In this document: piece after piece, positions 27,836-37,219 of the stretch
How positions within the stretch are numbered: position 1 is the first letter of the stretch
How the letters are laid out: each line of letters opens with the position of its first letter
Source: Chloroflexota bacterium
Lineage (GTDB): Bacteria; Chloroflexota; UBA11872; VXOZ01
Reading direction: 5' to 3'
Assembly: GCA_965220045.1 (NCBI GenBank)
Contig: OZ244803.1
Span: 1,601,585-1,665,584, forward strand
DNA length: 64,000 nucleotides
The notes under the pieces: generated by a model
Database searches by the model: none
What the model saw: the letters and a program-made list of their open reading frames with translations, nothing else
Told to the model about the DNA's origin: nothing
Program-made: the position numbers and the translations under genes

Positions 27836-29287
27836 GTGAACGTCTCCATCAAAGACATCGGCCTCAACGTACTCAATATGAAGACGCGCATGCCGTTTCG
27901 CTACGGCATTGCGTCACTGGAGTCCGTGCCTCACCTCTTCCTGCGCGTGACTGCCGACGTTGATGGCGCTGCCGCTGTGGGGGTTGCGGCTGAAGGCTTG
28001 CCGCCGAAGTGGTTTACGAAGAACCCCGACACGTCTTTTGCCGAAGACCTGGATGGAATGCTCGCTGTCATTCGGCAAGCCGTGTCATTGGCCCTGGTTT
28101 CGCCTGTGGCGGAGAGCCCATTCGACTTCTGGCGCCATCTCCATGTGAGCCAAGAGGCCTGGGCCGCCGAGACGAGCTATCCGCCCTTGTTGTGGGGCTT
28201 TGGTGTGAGCATGGTTGAACGCGCGCTGATCGATGCCTTCTGCCGCGCGACCGGCCGCACTTTCGAACAGGCAGTGCGCGACAACTCCCTCGGCATACAG
28301 CTCGGCGTCTTCCATGCAGAGCTGGCAGACTACGAGCCTGCGGCGCTGCTGCCGGCACACGCCAACCGCACGATGACTATCCGGCACACGGTAGGCCTGG
28401 CAGACCCGCTCACCGACGATGATGTCCCGCTAGACGAGCGCCTGACTGACGGTTTGCCCCAGTCACTGGAAGCCAGCGTCCAATTCTACGGCCTGACCCA
28501 CCTGAAGATCAAGCTATCGGGGGAAGCATCGGCCGATATTGAGCGGCTGCAGCGCATCGCACAGATCATGGCAGCGCATGCGCCGGGCAGTTATGCCCAC
28601 ACGCTTGACGGCAATGAGTTCTATACCGAGGTCGGCCCGTTTCAGCACTTCTGGGAGACTATTCAAGACGAGCCCACGCTCCGCTCCTTCCTTGACCGCG
28701 CGCTGTTCGTGGAGCAACCGTTCCATCGCGACGTCGCACTCAGCGCGGCCGTACAGTCAGACCTGCAGAAGTGGCACGAGCGGCCCCCGCTCATTATCGA
28801 TGAATCCGACGGTGAATTGAGCAGCCTCGCCAATGCGCTTGCCTGTGGGTATGCCGGCGGCAGCCACAAGAACTGCAAGGGCGTATTTCGCGGTATTCTG
28901 AACGCCTGTCTGCTCGCACACTATCGGCGGCGCGATCCCTCTCAAGCTTACATTTTGAGCAGTGAAGACCTTTGTAGCGTGGGCCCGGTCGCGATGATAC
29001 AAGACCTTACGGTCGCGGCAAACTTAGGCATCGCGCATGCGGAGCGCAACGGCCATCACTATTTTGCGGGCCTCAGCATGTACCCACAGCGAGTCCAGGA
29101 GCAGGTGTTGGCTTGCCACGGCACGTTCTATCGCCGCCACGAGGAAGGGTACCCGGCGCTCGACGTACGCCAAGGCCGTGTTGACGTTTCCAGCATTGTC
29201 AATGCGCCTTTTGGTTACGACTTTGAGTTGGACACGACGCAGTTCACGCCGTTGGATGAGTGGACGGCGGAGTCGTTAGACGATTGA
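27836..29287 (+). CDS. Enolase-superfamily (mandelate racemase/muconate lactonizing enzyme-like) protein, atypically long (483 aa)
   Basis: N-terminal capping-domain pattern (IKDIGLNVLNMKTRMPFRYG...LFLRVTADVDGAAAVG). Barrel-domain metal-ligand-like motifs in the order LKIKL ... LDGN ... FVEQPF ... IDESDG. GTG start. Confidence 0.45.
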   Translation: MNVSIKDIGLNVLNMKTRMPFRYGIASLESVPHLFLRVTADVDGAAAVGVAAEGLPPKWFTKNPDTSFAEDLDGMLAVIRQAVSLALVSPVAESPFDFWRHLHVSQEAWAAETSYPPLLWGFGVSMVERALIDAFCRATGRTFEQAVRDNSLGIQLGVFHAELADYEPAALLPAHANRTMTIRHTVGLADPLTDDDVPLDERLTDGLPQSLEASVQFYGLTHLKIKLSGEASADIERLQRIAQIMAAHAPGSYAHTLDGNEFYTEVGPFQHFWETIQDEPTLRSFLDRALFVEQPFHRDVALSAAVQSDLQKWHERPPLIIDESDGELSSLANALACGYAGGSHKNCKGVFRGILNACLLAHYRRRDPSQAYILSSEDLCSVGPVAMIQDLTVAANLGIAHAERNGHHYFAGLSMYPQRVQEQVLACHGTFYRRHEEGYPALDVRQGRVDVSSIVNAPFGYDFELDTTQFTPLDEWTAESLDD

Positions 29288-29349
29288 CCCGCTTGCCGCT
29301 GGGGCGCAGCAGTGCCCTCAGCGGATGGGGGCGCAGTACACAACACCGC

Positions 29350-29515
29350 TCGTGCTGAGCTTGTCGAAGCATGGGCTGAGCTTGTCGAAACATGGACGGT
29401 GTTGCGCGCGTTGGCTCGGTCTCACGTCCTTCGACCCTTCGACAGGCTCAGGGCGAACGGATAGTGATCGTCACCGGGTGAGGGGATGATGATCGTCGCC
29501 GGGTGAACGGATAGT
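29350..29515. repeat. Family-A dispersed repeat copy with internal tandem sub-duplications
   Basis: GCTGAGCTTGTCGAAGCATGG / GCTGAGCTTGTCGAAACATGG and GAACGGATAGTGATCGTCACCGGGTGAGGG / GATGATGATCGTCGCCGGGTGAACGGATAG flank CCTTCGACCCTTCGACAGGCTCAGGGCGAACGG. Confidence 0.65.
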
Positions 29516-29543
29516 TAGCAAGAGCGCCTCTGTAAACGTCCTG

Positions 29544-29993
29544 TTATCCCCCTTCCTGGGCAAAGACGAGAATGTGGCCGTTGCAGTCTTCGATTTCGAA
29601 CTCGCGCAGACCCCATGGCTTCTTGATCGGGCCGCGCTCATACTCCGGTCGCATCGTCACCCCTCTCCGCCGGTATTCTGCGTGGAGTTCATCGATCCGG
29701 CCACAGTGGAGGTAGGTGTATCCCGCAGTAGTCGGCTCGGTGCCATGGCGCCGCCGGTAGCCCGTGAAGCGCATCCGCTGCGGGCTCTTGCCACCGCCGC
29801 CGCCAATAGAAACTCTGGCGTGACCGCCCCGTGTCATGTCTACAAAGTCGAGCGTGAATCCCAGGACTTCGCAATACCATAAGGCTGTAGCTTCAACGTC
29901 GGCAACTTCCAAAACGGGTTGCAGGCCGTAGAATGCATGCTTCTCAGCCCACCGAGATTCGTCCATAGTGCTCCTTCGAGACTTTCCACTCAT
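29544..29993 (-). CDS. VOC (glyoxalase/bleomycin-resistance/dioxygenase) family protein
   Basis: The beta-alpha-beta-beta-beta module pattern (VLEVADVEATALWYCEVLGFTLDF...HL...IDELHAEYRRRGV) is typical of the VOC superfamily. Confidence 0.6.
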   Translation of the reverse strand: MSGKSRRSTMDESRWAEKHAFYGLQPVLEVADVEATALWYCEVLGFTLDFVDMTRGGHARVSIGGGGGKSPQRMRFTGYRRRHGTEPTTAGYTYLHCGRIDELHAEYRRRGVTMRPEYERGPIKKPWGLREFEIEDCNGHILVFAQEGG

Positions 29994-30025
29994 AGAGGTC
30001 TCAATCTATCTCCAAAACTACCTTC

Positions 30026-31102
30026 CTATAATCGGAACGGTTTGCCCAATCGTAGAGTGCGCTCCGCCTTGGCATACCAGCCCTGCGGCGCGTAGTCGGA
30101 GGTGTGGAGATAGCACTGCACCCGCACCTCGTCGCTGCCTGCCGTGAATGTCAGCAGGCGGCTCATGGCGATTGTTGTGCGACCGGCGTGATGGCGGGCC
30201 AGGGCCGCGCAGTTTATGAAGTTCACGTCCCACTTGCGCTCCACGTGCGAACGGCCGCCGTAGCGATCATCGGGATGGGTGTGGGTATGGCCGCCGAGCC
30301 AGAGATCGATCGCACCCGGGTGGGCCGCCAGATAGCGCTCAAACGCCTGGGCGTCAGGCCTATCGTCCACGAAGTAGAGGTAAGAAGACCCTTCCGGTCC
30401 GCCGTCGGCAAAGTAGCCGTGGTAGTGCCCGCGCCACGTGCCGTCTTCATGCTGGCGGTGTCCCTCCCACGGTCCGGACGCCACGGTGGTCGCTTTCAGC
30501 ATGTGGTGGTGGGCGGAGACGATGACGCAGTCGGGATTCGCTTCCACCTGCGCTTGCCACCATGCGAACGTCTCTCCGGTCACCGCACCCGACGGGTAGC
30601 CGCCGCCCTTGGGATTGCGCCCCACCGGCGGCGGCAGGTCGTTACGGTCGCTCATCATCAGAAAGAGCACGTTGCCTACGCGAAAGGCGTAGCGTTCCCA
30701 GGTGCCTGCCACCGGATAGGGACGCCGGGACGGGTCTACACCGGAGAACTGCGTATGCTCACCTGTGGGGTCCACCCACTTGCGGAACCACCACTGGGTC
30801 GGCTCCGTGTAGAAGGTAGCGTCGTGATTACCCGCCAGATTGTAGAAGTGCTCCCGAGGATGCTCGCGGGACGTGCCGAACTGCCGCGCCACTTCCACGC
30901 CTTCTTCATCGTCAGGCGACTTCTGGTTTCCGGAGAGGTCGCCAAGGTGCAGCATGATGTCCCAATGGAACGGCGGACCGCCCTCGTCGCCGCCGACTTC
31001 TGAATGGCGAATCGACTCTGTCAAACTCTCGCGGCCGAACCTCTTCTCGGTGCCTACGTGGGCACAGCCGGTTGCCCACACTGCGAACGTCTCTGCCGGC
31101 AT
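30026..31102 (-). CDS. Calcineurin-like metallophosphoesterase
   Basis: Phosphoesterase motifs GDLSGN, GNHDA and GHTHTHPDD. Start reassigned to the internal ATG (MPAETF) preceded by GGTGGAGGGGAA. The track's 5' extension to 31471 overlaps the divergent CoA-transferase gene. Confidence 0.65.
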   Translation of the reverse strand: MPAETFAVWATGCAHVGTEKRFGRESLTESIRHSEVGGDEGGPPFHWDIMLHLGDLSGNQKSPDDEEGVEVARQFGTSREHPREHFYNLAGNHDATFYTEPTQWWFRKWVDPTGEHTQFSGVDPSRRPYPVAGTWERYAFRVGNVLFLMMSDRNDLPPPVGRNPKGGGYPSGAVTGETFAWWQAQVEANPDCVIVSAHHHMLKATTVASGPWEGHRQHEDGTWRGHYHGYFADGGPEGSSYLYFVDDRPDAQAFERYLAAHPGAIDLWLGGHTHTHPDDRYGGRSHVERKWDVNFINCAALARHHAGRTTIAMSRLLTFTAGSDEVRVQCYLHTSDYAPQGWYAKAERTLRLGKPFRL

Positions 31103-31385
31103 GAGTTCCCCTCCACCTGGCGCTATCAAGTGAGACCGTACTGTCCCCGTAGTCTTGGCATTATGTAACTGAGATTGGATCGATTGGCAGCCCCTGTTAG
31201 TGCCGACCTTACTGCCTCGCTTGCGCCGCCTGTGCGAACGCGCTGCTGCTCGGCCCTTCCATACTAATCGCGGCCCCGCCGACCGGCAAAGACATGACTT
31301 TCGGGAATCGCTATGATAGGGGTCAGCACACGGCCCGTGTAGCTGCTCACCAGTGCACGTGCCATCTGTCGTGGAGCGAGCGCGT

Positions 31386-33008
31386 ATGACTTCACAACAC
31401 TCAGACAAGCGGTCCGAGGGAAGCCGTGATGAGGCACGAGGAGGATGGATGGGGGGCAAGTTTCTTTCCATCGATCAAGCGGTGTGGCTCATTCAGGATG
31501 GCGCTGCCATCGGCGTGGGCGGCTTTGTCGGCATTGGGCACCCGGAGGCGCTCTCCGCGGCCGTAGAACGGCGCTTCCTGCAGACCGGCGAACCACGAGA
31601 CCTCACGCTTATGTATGGCGCCGGTCAAGGCGACCGCCAGACGCGCGGCCTCAATCACTTCGGTCACGAGGGACTCGTAAAGCGCATCATCGGTGGGCAC
31701 TGGGGCCTGGCGCCAAAGCTGTGCCAGCTCGTGCTCGACGGCAAGATCGAAGGGTATAACTTCCCTCAGGGCGTGATCGTCCATCTCTTTCGCGACATCG
31801 CCGCCGGCAAGCCCGGCACCATCACGCACGTGGGTCTCAATTCGTTTGTAGACCCGCGCCTGGAAGGTGGTCGCGTCAATCCGGCATCCACTCCGGAGGA
31901 ACTCGTGCAGTTGATCGAGTTGAATGGCGATGAGTATCTCTTCTATCCGCGGCTGCAGCTCGACGTAGGGTTCATTCGGGGCACGACTGCAGACCCCGAC
32001 GGAAACATTAGCATGGAACGAGAAGCCGTCTACGGCGAAATGCTCAGCGTCGCGCAGGCCGTGCACAATTGCGGCGGCATGGTGATCGCGCAAGTGGAAC
32101 GGACGATACCCACTCCTCTACCCACGCGGCAAATCAGGATTCCGGGGATTCTCGTGGACGTCGTCGCGGTCGCCGACCCCGCCGAGCACTGGCAGACGTT
32201 TAGCGAAGATTTCAATGCAGCGTACGTTTCTGAAACGCGCGATGAGGTACCGGAGTTCCCGCCGCATGCGCTCGACGAGCGCAAAGTCATAGCCCGCCGC
32301 GCGGCCATAGAACTGCAACGGGGCGACATTGTCAATCTCGGTATTGGCTTACCCGAAAGTGTCGCGGCAGTGGCGGCGGAAGAGGGCATCATCGACGACC
32401 TGGTGATGACAGTTGAAAGCGGCGCCATCGGCGGCATACCGGCGGGCGGCCTCTCGTTCGGCGCCTCATTTATGCCCACGGCCCTCATCGATTCGCCCTA
32501 CATGTTCGACTTCTACGACGGCGGCGGTCTGGAGATCGCCTGTCTGGGCGCCGCGCAGATCGATGCCGCCGGCAATGTGAACGTGAGCCGCTTTGGCAGC
32601 ATCGTACCGGGCGCCGGTGGATTTGTGAACATCAGCCACAACGCGAAGCGCATCGTCTTCTGCGGTACGTTCACGGCCGGCGGTCTGGAGATCGAGGTGC
32701 AAGACGACGCACTGAACATCGTCCGGGAGGGCAAGCATCCCAAGCTCGTGGAAGCAGTGGAGCAAGTCACCTTCAACGGCGCATACGCGCGCTCGCTGGG
32801 CCGTGACATCACCTACGTTACCGAACGCGCGGTCTTCACGCTCACCGATCACGGCCTGACGCTCACGGAGCTCGCTCCCGGTGTGGACTTACAGCGAGAC
32901 CTGCTCGCCCACATGGCATTCAGGCCCCAAATTGCACCCGATTTGCGCCGGATGGACCCGCGCCTGTTTCGCGAGGCGCCGATGGGTCTTGCGCAGCAAT
33001 TCACGTAG
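31386..33008 (+). CDS. Acyl-CoA:carboxylate CoA-transferase (propionate/acetate CoA-transferase, YdiF-like family)
   Basis: N-terminal LSIDQAVWLIQDGAAIGVGGFVGIGHPE fits the N-terminus of propionate CoA-transferase-type enzymes. About 540 aa, with glycine-rich motifs throughout. Alternative ATG start at 31449. Confidence 0.7.
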   Translation: MTSQHSDKRSEGSRDEARGGWMGGKFLSIDQAVWLIQDGAAIGVGGFVGIGHPEALSAAVERRFLQTGEPRDLTLMYGAGQGDRQTRGLNHFGHEGLVKRIIGGHWGLAPKLCQLVLDGKIEGYNFPQGVIVHLFRDIAAGKPGTITHVGLNSFVDPRLEGGRVNPASTPEELVQLIELNGDEYLFYPRLQLDVGFIRGTTADPDGNISMEREAVYGEMLSVAQAVHNCGGMVIAQVERTIPTPLPTRQIRIPGILVDVVAVADPAEHWQTFSEDFNAAYVSETRDEVPEFPPHALDERKVIARRAAIELQRGDIVNLGIGLPESVAAVAAEEGIIDDLVMTVESGAIGGIPAGGLSFGASFMPTALIDSPYMFDFYDGGGLEIACLGAAQIDAAGNVNVSRFGSIVPGAGGFVNISHNAKRIVFCGTFTAGGLEIEVQDDALNIVREGKHPKLVEAVEQVTFNGAYARSLGRDITYVTERAVFTLTDHGLTLTELAPGVDLQRDLLAHMAFRPQIAPDLRRMDPRLFREAPMGLAQQFT

Positions 33009-33035
33009 TGCGCGTATGGTAGTCTCGCCGCTTTC

Positions 33036-33851
33036 ATGAGTGGTCAATGGGTTAATGAGGCAGGAAGAGCCACGATACAGCAAGGGCGTGTAAAAGCACT
33101 TCTACTCGACCTGGACGGTACGCTCTACTTTAGAGGCGAGCCGATCCCGCGGGCCGACCAGGCCATTGCGGCTTTGCGAGAGATGGGATTCCAGCTACGT
33201 TTCCTTACGAATACCGACTCCAAAACTGCGAGCACGCTCCGTCGTGAGTTAGGCAAAATGGGGCTAGCGGTCGCGGAAGCAGAGATATTCAGCGCCGCCA
33301 CTGCCGCTCTGCGGTTTTTGCAAGAACAGCCGGGCAAACGTTACTATTGCTTGGTTTCCCAGGACCTTACCGCCGCCTTTGCGCCTTTTCATGCCGCGGA
33401 GGGTGCCGTAGACTATGTAATTGTCGGAGACTTTCGCGATTCCGTCAGCTATGACCTGCTGAATACGGCATTCAGGCACGTCAAGGCAGGCGCGGAGATT
33501 GTTGCTCTGCAGAAAGGCCGGTACTTTGTGAGCAACGAAGGGTACAACCTAGATACCGGAGCGTTCGTACAACTCCTGGAATATAGTTCGGGCAAGACGG
33601 CAAAAGTCCTTGGAAAGCCATCGGCAGAATTCTTCAGCTTGGTAATCGAGCAGTTGGCTTGCTCGCCCGATCAAGTGGTCGTAGTCGGTGATGACGTAAC
33701 AACGGACATCGTCGGAGCGCGGGCGGTCGGCGCCCGTAGCGTGCTGGTACGAACGGGAAAATACGCAGATGAATCACTGGAGCGTTCTCCCGTCAAGCCC
33801 GATTATGTCGTTGATTCCATTGCCGATGTGCCGCAATTGCTCGTGGAATGA
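33036..33851 (+). CDS. HAD-superfamily hydrolase, subfamily IIA-like
   Basis: Motif I LLLDLDGTL, motif II LTNTDS, C-terminal VVVGDDVTTDI. Confidence 0.7.
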   Translation: MSGQWVNEAGRATIQQGRVKALLLDLDGTLYFRGEPIPRADQAIAALREMGFQLRFLTNTDSKTASTLRRELGKMGLAVAEAEIFSAATAALRFLQEQPGKRYYCLVSQDLTAAFAPFHAAEGAVDYVIVGDFRDSVSYDLLNTAFRHVKAGAEIVALQKGRYFVSNEGYNLDTGAFVQLLEYSSGKTAKVLGKPSAEFFSLVIEQLACSPDQVVVVGDDVTTDIVGARAVGARSVLVRTGKYADESLERSPVKPDYVVDSIADVPQLLVE

Positions 33852-33907
33852 AACAATCTCAGGACCATTAACGACGAGAACCCCATTTTGGAAGGTGAGG
33901 TCAGATA

Positions 33908-35101
33908 GTGAGCACGCGAACGCCGGTAATCCTCGGGGCTGCCCGCACGCCAATCGGCAAGTTTGGCGGCGCCTTTAGCGAGCTTTCGGCGCCGGACCTT
34001 GGTGTCGTCGCAGCGGAAGCGGCGCTAGCCCGCGCCGGTGTAGGGCCGGACGCCGTGCAGGTGTCGATATTCGGTCAGGTCCTACAGGGCGGCAGCGGCA
34101 TGAACCCCGCCCGTCAGGTGAGCATACGTTCCGGCGTGCCCGAAACCGTACCTGCCATGACCCTAAACCAGGTCTGCGCTTCAGGCTTGCAGGCCGTGGG
34201 GCTGGCGGGGCAGCACATCCGGCTGGGTGAGATAGACGTAGCGCTGGTAGGCGGCATGGAGAGTATGAGCAATGCGCCCTACGTGCTGCCCGGGGCTCGT
34301 TGGGGGAGCAAATTGGGTCATGCCAACGTGGTGGATACGCTCATCGGCGACGGACTCTGGGACGCTTTTGAGGACTGCCACATGGCGAACACCGCGGACT
34401 CGCTAGCGCAAGAGTATGGGATATCACGCGAGGCGCAGGACCAATTCGCGTACGAGAGCCAGCGGCGCTATGCGGCTGCGGCGGGAGCCTGTCATGTTTC
34501 TGCTGAAGTTGTGCCGGTGTCGGTGCCGCAGCGCCGGGGACCGCCCACGATTGTCAGCGATGATGAGTACCCCCGCCCAGACACGACTCTGGCAGCCTTG
34601 GCGTCGCTCCGTCCTGCGTTTAAAGGCGTGAACGCAATCACCGCAGGCAACGCATCCGGCATCAATGATGGCGCCGCGGCGCTGGTTGTCGCGTCAGCGG
34701 AATGGGCCGAGGCCCGGCAGTGCAAGCCCCTGGCTACCCTCGCGGCAGTAGCAACCACCGGGGTTGCGCCCATGCGCATGGGCATCGGTCCGGCCAAGGC
34801 AATTCGCATTCTCCTGGATAGAACCGGTCTTAAGTTAGACGACATCGACCTGTTCGAAATCAATGAAGCCTTCGCCGCGCAAGTCCTGGCGGTGGAAGCT
34901 GAACTCAAGTGGGACCGCGCGCGCGTCAACGTGAACGGCGGCGCAATCGCCGTCGGCCATCCTATTGGCGCCAGCGGCGCCCGTGTCTTGGTCACCCTGA
35001 TCCACGCAATGCAACGGAGAAACGTGCGGCGAGGCATTGCCGCACTGTGCGCCGGCGGGGGCATGGGCATCGCCGCCTTGGTGGAACGCGAGGCTCACTG
35101 A
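33908..35101 (+). CDS. Acetyl-CoA C-acetyltransferase (thiolase II)
   Basis: VILGAARTPIGKFGG, active-site Cys region NQVCASGLQAV, C-terminal GGAIAVGHPIGASGAR and CAGGGMG. GTG start with GGTGAGG RBS. Confidence 0.9.
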   Translation: MSTRTPVILGAARTPIGKFGGAFSELSAPDLGVVAAEAALARAGVGPDAVQVSIFGQVLQGGSGMNPARQVSIRSGVPETVPAMTLNQVCASGLQAVGLAGQHIRLGEIDVALVGGMESMSNAPYVLPGARWGSKLGHANVVDTLIGDGLWDAFEDCHMANTADSLAQEYGISREAQDQFAYESQRRYAAAAGACHVSAEVVPVSVPQRRGPPTIVSDDEYPRPDTTLAALASLRPAFKGVNAITAGNASGINDGAAALVVASAEWAEARQCKPLATLAAVATTGVAPMRMGIGPAKAIRILLDRTGLKLDDIDLFEINEAFAAQVLAVEAELKWDRARVNVNGGAIAVGHPIGASGARVLVTLIHAMQRRNVRRGIAALCAGGGMGIAALVEREAH

Positions 35102-35105
35102 TTCC

Positions 35106-35864
35106 ATGCGACTGCAAGGCAAGACTGCTCTCATCACCGGCGCTTCGCAGGGCATCGGCCGTGCCACGGCGCTCACGCTTGCTCGTGAAGGCGCTGACAT
35201 TGCCATAAACCACTATCCTGACGCAGAGGGCGTGCACCGGCAGAACGCGGAAAACGTGTCTAAGGAGATCGAAGAATTGGGACGCCGTGCGCTGTCCATC
35301 GGCGCGGACGTGGCGCAAGAAGCGCCATGTGAGGCGATGGTCGAACAGGCCGTCGCCGCGTTTGGGTGCCTTGACATCCTGGTCAACAATGCCGGCATTC
35401 TACGGGACGCGACTCTGCGCAACTTGAGCCGCGAGCACTGGGATGAAGTGCTCGACGTGAACCTGGGCAGCATGTTCAATTGCGCCAAGCCCGCGGCCAT
35501 CCACATGCGGGAGCGCAAAACGGGCAGCATAGTCAACATTGCTTCAGTGATCGGCCTCACCGGCAACTTCGGCCAAACGAACTACGCGGCAGCGAAAGCC
35601 GGCGCCATCGGCTTCACCAAGTCATTGGCCAGAGAATTGGCGCGCTATGGCGTCCGCGTCAATGCCGTGGCGCCCGGCTTCATGGACACCGACATGACCC
35701 GCACCATCGACCCCGAAATCAAGGAAGACATACGCAAGCAGATTCCAATGGGGCATTTCGGAACGGCAGAAGACATCGCCGACGCCATCCTCTTTCTCGT
35801 CTCGGACGAGGCGCGCTATATCACCGGCGAGGTGCTGAGCGTCAACGGCGGCTGGTACATGTGA
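35106..35864 (+). CDS. SDR-family 3-oxoacyl-ACP/acetoacetyl-CoA reductase (FabG/PhaB-like)
   Basis: GKTALITGASQGIGRA cofactor motif, NNAGI, catalytic YAAAKAG (YxxxK). Directly follows the thiolase. The track's 5' extension overlaps the thiolase. Confidence 0.85.
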   Translation: MRLQGKTALITGASQGIGRATALTLAREGADIAINHYPDAEGVHRQNAENVSKEIEELGRRALSIGADVAQEAPCEAMVEQAVAAFGCLDILVNNAGILRDATLRNLSREHWDEVLDVNLGSMFNCAKPAAIHMRERKTGSIVNIASVIGLTGNFGQTNYAAAKAGAIGFTKSLARELARYGVRVNAVAPGFMDTDMTRTIDPEIKEDIRKQIPMGHFGTAEDIADAILFLVSDEARYITGEVLSVNGGWYM

Positions 35865-35984
35865 GAGATAGTCACCCGTCGCTACGTCGGCGTACCGCGA
35901 GGGGAGGTTTCTCCATTAACACTGAGCCGACAATTGAGCGCAGAAGGGGGCAAGGGGCTAGTCTGCAGACCGGCCGTTTGCCAT

Positions 35985-36245
35985 TGACGCGCAGGTTTCA
36001 AACCTGCGCTACCGAGGATCAGACGCAAGTCCTGGTAGCGCGGGGGCTTGTCCCCCGCTTTTCATCAGCTCAATATGCTCAGACACGATGGAAGCGCGGA
36101 GACCTATATCTTGCTAGTCCCTATGCCATTGAGGTGCAGGTTGCAAACCTGCGCTACCGAGGATCGGACGCGAGTCCTGGTAGCGCGGGGGCTTGTCCCC
36201 CGCTCTTCATCAGCTCAATATGCTCAGACACGAATGGAGTATTCC
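35985..36245. repeat. Tandem direct duplication (about 145 bp x 2) of a family-B composite palindromic element upstream of the isochorismatase-like gene
   Basis: Unit: CCATTGA(C/G)G(C/T)GCAGGTT(T/G)CAAACCTGCGCTACCGAGGATC(A/G)GACGC(A/G)AGTCCTGGTAGCGCGGGGGCTTGTCCCCCGCT(T/C)TTCATCAGCTCAATATGCTCAGACACGA. The two units are about 93% identical. Each contains two hairpins. Confidence 0.8.
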
Positions 36246-36246
36246 C

Positions 36247-36909
36247 ATGCTCATCGACACCGCCCAATTCAAGACCAAAAGTCTTGATGATGAAGCCGTA
36301 CTACCGGCCGAAAAGACCGCCCTCGTCATCGTCGACATGATGCGGCGCTTCTGCGACCCGGCCTGGCTATCGGGGGGCAATGCCGAGAGCGAGCGCTGGT
36401 TCTCTTCGGAACTCAAGACCGTGATCCCGAACCTGCGGTCGATCCTCGACGCTTTTCGCGCCTCCGGCGGGCTGGTGGTCCACGTCGTCAATGCCAAATG
36501 GACGGCCGAGGCCCGCGAAGCGGTGCCCTACCAGCGCGGTCGCGACTATGATTATTTCGACTCTCATGCCATGTCTGTAGTCGACGACCTCGCTCCCCAG
36601 CGTGATGAAATCATCGTTCGGAAGCTCACGAGTTCAACCTTCACCGGCACCGGCCTCGACTACATGCTCAACAACGCGGGAATCAAGAATGTCGTGCTCA
36701 CGGGACAGTACGGCGGGGCGTGCGTCTTCTACAGCCTCATCCAGAGCCGCGAATACGGCTTTACCAACTACTGGCCCAGTGACGCCATTCTCCATGCCTC
36801 AGCCCTCGACCAAGCCATGATCACGCCGCTGGTTGGCACGCGCTGGGCGACTCTGGCGACTTCAGCGCAAATCGTGCGAGCAGTCACCGGTCAACGCGCC
36901 TTGGCTTGA
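36247..36909 (+). CDS. Isochorismatase-family cysteine hydrolase
   Basis: TALVIVDMMRRF (catalytic Asp) ... NAKW ... NVVLTGQYGGACV (catalytic Cys), typical of the isochorismatase/YcaC family. Start reassigned to ATG MLIDTAQ; the track's upstream extension runs into the tandem repeat. Confidence 0.7.
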   Translation: MLIDTAQFKTKSLDDEAVLPAEKTALVIVDMMRRFCDPAWLSGGNAESERWFSSELKTVIPNLRSILDAFRASGGLVVHVVNAKWTAEAREAVPYQRGRDYDYFDSHAMSVVDDLAPQRDEIIVRKLTSSTFTGTGLDYMLNNAGIKNVVLTGQYGGACVFYSLIQSREYGFTNYWPSDAILHASALDQAMITPLVGTRWATLATSAQIVRAVTGQRALA

Positions 36910-37004
36910 GTGAATTTGTCATTCTCCGGTCAAGGATACCGACTATGAGGCGAATGGTATGGCCGACCGGCCCCTCAATTCCCTGAAAATAGCGTGACCA
37001 GGCC

Positions 37005-37100
37005 GTTCGCCCCCGTATCTTTCGATACGCTGTATCGGTCGATACTCCTATCGAGTACGGGGCAGGCTCTGAGCATCGTCGAAGGGTGAACGGCGAAGGT
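37005..37100. repeat. Family-A dispersed repeat copy
   Basis: GCCCCCGTATCTTTCGATACGCTGTATCGGTCGATACTCCTATCGAGTACGGGGCAGGCTCTGAGCATCGTCGAAGGGTGAACGG. Confidence 0.65.
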
Positions 37101-37219
37101 AGTGGGTAACAACTCCGCACCCTATCCTCTCCGTTCATGCTTCGACAAGGGCTTCTATAAAGCCCAGGCTTCGCGCAGCCCTCAGCACGTACGGAGAGAT
37201 GTGCATTCATTATCATTCC

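Noticed and set aside
30026-31471. 481-aa version of the metallophosphoesterase ORF
   Set aside because: The 5' 123 codons overlap the divergently transcribed CoA-transferase gene and are Arg/Ser/Cys-rich. An internal ATG preceded by GGTGGAGGGGAA gives a 358-aa protein containing all phosphoesterase motifs.
36048-36287. Small ORFs (MSPAFHQLNMLRHD... / MSPALHQLNMLRHE...) upstream of the isochorismatase gene
   Set aside because: They are the same reading frame through the two copies of the 145-bp tandem repeat (hence the near-identical peptides). They are repeat artefacts, not paralogous genes.
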